Origin: an uncultured Collinsella sp.
GTDB lineage: Bacteria; Actinomycetota; Coriobacteriia; Coriobacteriales; Coriobacteriaceae
Assembly (NCBI GenBank): GCA_902475615.1
Contig: CABSAD010000002.1
Span: 110,287 to 174,286, forward strand
DNA: 64,000 nt
Direction: 5' to 3'
Shown: one piece after another, positions 61,972-64,000 of the stretch
How the letters are laid out: the number at the start of each line of letters is the position of its first letter
Numbering within the stretch: position 1 is the first letter of the stretch
Notes under the pieces: model-generated
The model's database searches: none
Told to the model about the DNA's origin: nothing
The model's input: only the letters and a program-made list of their open reading frames with translations
Made by a program: the position numbers and the translations under genes

Positions 61972-62801
61972 CGCAACAAACCTCCCTGAGCTTGGGTTTC
62001 CGTCGATATCCGACCAAATATAGCAATGGGCGCGGCTTCGGAAGAGGCCGCGCCCATTGCAGGATATTATAACACAGAATCGAACGTCTGTTCTATTCCC
62101 ACTCGGTGGTTATAGTTTTGCCGTCTCGTCACTCCAGTTGCACCCAGTTTTCGGCGGCATCTCGAAGTGAGTGCCGCTGAATGACGCGACGTCGCGTTTC
62201 ATCGGCTTCGGGGACAAAAGCTGGGACAACTTCAAAAACCATTTTCAAACTCAGAGTATTGAGTTTTTATTTTTGTCCCAAGGGGCACGGAGAGCCGCCT
62301 TTGGAGGCTCGATATCGCCGAAAAACGCCCGTTTTGAAACTCAACCGCCTTTGAGCCTGCAAACCACCAGCTTCAACAGTAAGTGAGTCGACGCGGGTGG
62401 CTTACGAGCCGTTCACAAAACCGCAGGCCACAGGTCTTTGTCAACGATAAGCAAAGTGAATAGTCTCAGGTGGCTTGCCCATGAGTTGGCGTAAGCCTGT
62501 TTAGCAAAAGGCTAATCGGACACGACAGGCCGCCCGCATGGCGACGGCGTTTCCCGTGCGGGCACAAACAGCCCTGCGTGCCCTGTCGCGCGATATCCCA
62601 ATGCGACGTTCAGAACCCTACCCGCCAAGCAGCCACCTCGCGAAATTCAGCACGAGCACGCCCTCCCGGGTATGGGGCTCATGCCTCGTGCGAGTGATGA
62701 GAATCTTCGGGAATGCATCCCCGATGGATAGAATCGGCGCAATCTCCCTCTCGAGCGTCGAATCGGCGCCGATATCGTCGCTCACATACACTTTCCTTCC
62801 C

Positions 62802-63029
62802 GGTTTCGAAACTTGGAAGGCAGTATGCGCAAGGATGCGTCGAGGTGCGATCCCAGTCGTACCATGCCAGCAGAGATGTCGAGGCACATTCGTTCATGCT
62901 GCAATGCGGGCATCGGAGATGAAAAACAGCCCGTCGGGTAGTCATGGGCGTGCGGGAGCCCGCATCAGTAACCTGCCTCCTCGGTTGTCCCTTCTTTGCA
63001 TGGTCGTCTACATAAAGGAGGAACCAGCC
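62802..63029 (+). ncRNA. candidate yjdF-motif riboswitch / structured leader, copy 2 (downstream ORF degenerate)
   Basis: About 85% identical to 54358..54588, including aaaggagg-N8-ATG CAG ATC AGC. The downstream coding sequence diverges after 4 codons, so it is a yjdF remnant. Confidence 0.45.
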
Positions 63030-63622
63030 ATGCAGATCAGCATGCTTGCCCTTCTTGGGTCACGGACCGGGGAGGCGAGGGCCTCCGTCGGGACCGCCCC
63101 GAGCAACCGGCATATCCAAGGAATGACAAGGCTCGATCGCTGTGCTGGTCAGGATGCCGAAGCGGGCCGTCCGCCAATCGGAATGCGGGTCAGGATGCTG
63201 CAACGTGATTCCAGCTGCAGGATACGGCTCCTTTGCGGTTGCCGCAAAACCTGCTGGCAACATTCTTACTATCCGAATGATGTACGCATCCCTTGGGATC
63301 GTTTCGCCTGACCAGGGCCATCTTCAGCGCCTCATCGGCCAGCTCGGCAGGCGCCTCTTCCACGCGTAATAGCCCTGGCGGGTCACCTATGCAACCAAAG
63401 ATACAAAAGGAATCGAATGGCCAGAGAGGATTGCCCTTACCGATGCTCGATTCTTGACAGGCAAACTCAAGCCTCGTTAATATTACATGGTTTGCCAGAC
63501 CGAATTAACAAAGGAGGGGTGTCGTGGTTGGTCTTTTCCGCACGTGGATGAGCGCCTAGAAAGCGGCGCTGTTGTGGCGTCGCGCTGTTTTTCTGCACGC
63601 CATTTCACGATTGGACATAACC

Positions 63623-64000
63623 ATGATATTTGAAACCTCTCGGGGCAGGTCTGTTCTGCTGTGCCATTCATGGCAATTCAAGCTTTGTTTCGTATGGGGC
63701 GGGGAGCTCGTTTCGACATTGACGAGTTCGATTCTCCAAATGGGTCTTATTTGGCATCTCGCCCTCACGACAGGGTCGTCTTCTCTCCTCTCCTTAGCAT
63801 CGCTGGCAGGCTTTCTGCCGATTGCTTTGTTCGGAATCCTTGCGGGCGCCGTTGTCGACAGACTGCCTTTGAAACGTGTCCTCATCGGCGCCGACCTCTT
63901 CATTGCCGCGGTGGGTGCCGCCTTGGCGATTGCCTCGTTGGCCGGCAGCTTACCTGCATGGCTAATTCTCATCGCCCTGTTTCTCCGTGCAGTTGGTACT
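63623..64000 (+). CDS. MFS transporter (N-terminal part; continues beyond the window)
   Basis: Frame reads ...GGELVSTLTSSILQMGLIWHLALTTGSSSLLSLASLAGFLPIALFGILAGAVVDRLPLKRVLIGADL..., the typical N-terminus of a macrolide/enterobactin-type MFS exporter. Confidence 0.6.
   Translation, partial: MIFETSRGRSVLLCHSWQFKLCFVWGGELVSTLTSSILQMGLIWHLALTTGSSSLLSLASLAGFLPIALFGILAGAVVDRLPLKRVLIGADLFIAAVGAALAIASLAGSLPAWLILIALFLRAVGT

Overview
The window is a 64-kb chromosomal segment of a high-GC (about 60-63%) Gram-positive genome. Gene content (Tat signal peptide, LAXTG sortase signal, LuxR regulator with a large N-terminal domain, thiol-disulfide oxidoreductase TlpA next to a 4Fe-4S membrane protein) best fits Coriobacteriia, but I cannot assign a taxon from sequence alone.

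The first two thirds carry housekeeping and transport genes:
- a partial rRNA methyltransferase (RlmA-like), a MATE efflux transporter, a LysR regulator divergent from an EamA transporter, and uracil-DNA glycosylase;
- a short-chain dehydrogenase, a YhhQ/VUT queuosine-precursor transporter, and peptide chain release factor 3;
- a GntR regulator with an ABC transporter operon, a second EamA transporter, a ClC chloride channel, a LOG family protein and a small K+ channel;
- a hybrid sensor kinase, a pyridoxamine 5'-phosphate oxidase-like protein, a PatB/MalY C-S lyase, the tRNA methyltransferase TsaA, and an XRE-family regulator fused to a zinc ribbon and a TipAS-like domain;
- glutaredoxin, a tRNA dihydrouridine synthase, a MacB-like ABC transporter, and a 4Fe-4S protein with TlpA divergent from an OmpR/kinase pair;
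- a PadR/DUF1700 module, a LuxR regulator, a large Tat-exported LAXTG-anchored surface protein, and type IIA topoisomerase B and A subunits.

The last third (about 31.7-34 kb, 41-43.7 kb, 48.2-55.7 kb and 62-64 kb) is mosaic:
- low-GC patches carrying three unrelated orphan AAA ATPases;
- a block of gene fragments;
- a very high-GC (about 72%) island encoding a LanFEG-type lantibiotic-immunity ABC transporter with its own two-component system;
- a ToxN/AbiQ-like toxin gene without an obvious ToxI repeat array;
- a DUF2992 (YjdF-family) gene preceded by a long leader that exists in two copies and shows a compensatory base change, so a yjdF-type riboswitch is likely.

Other notable features:
- a candidate preQ1-I riboswitch upstream of the yhhQ-like transporter;
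- a roughly 180-bp MITE-like repeat in three copies, two of which flank one hypothetical gene in opposite orientation;
- a 62-bp palindromic element in two copies;
- two genes interrupted by in-frame TGA codons, and one ATPase gene with a frameshift.

I found no tRNA or rRNA genes, CRISPR arrays, transposases or integrases.
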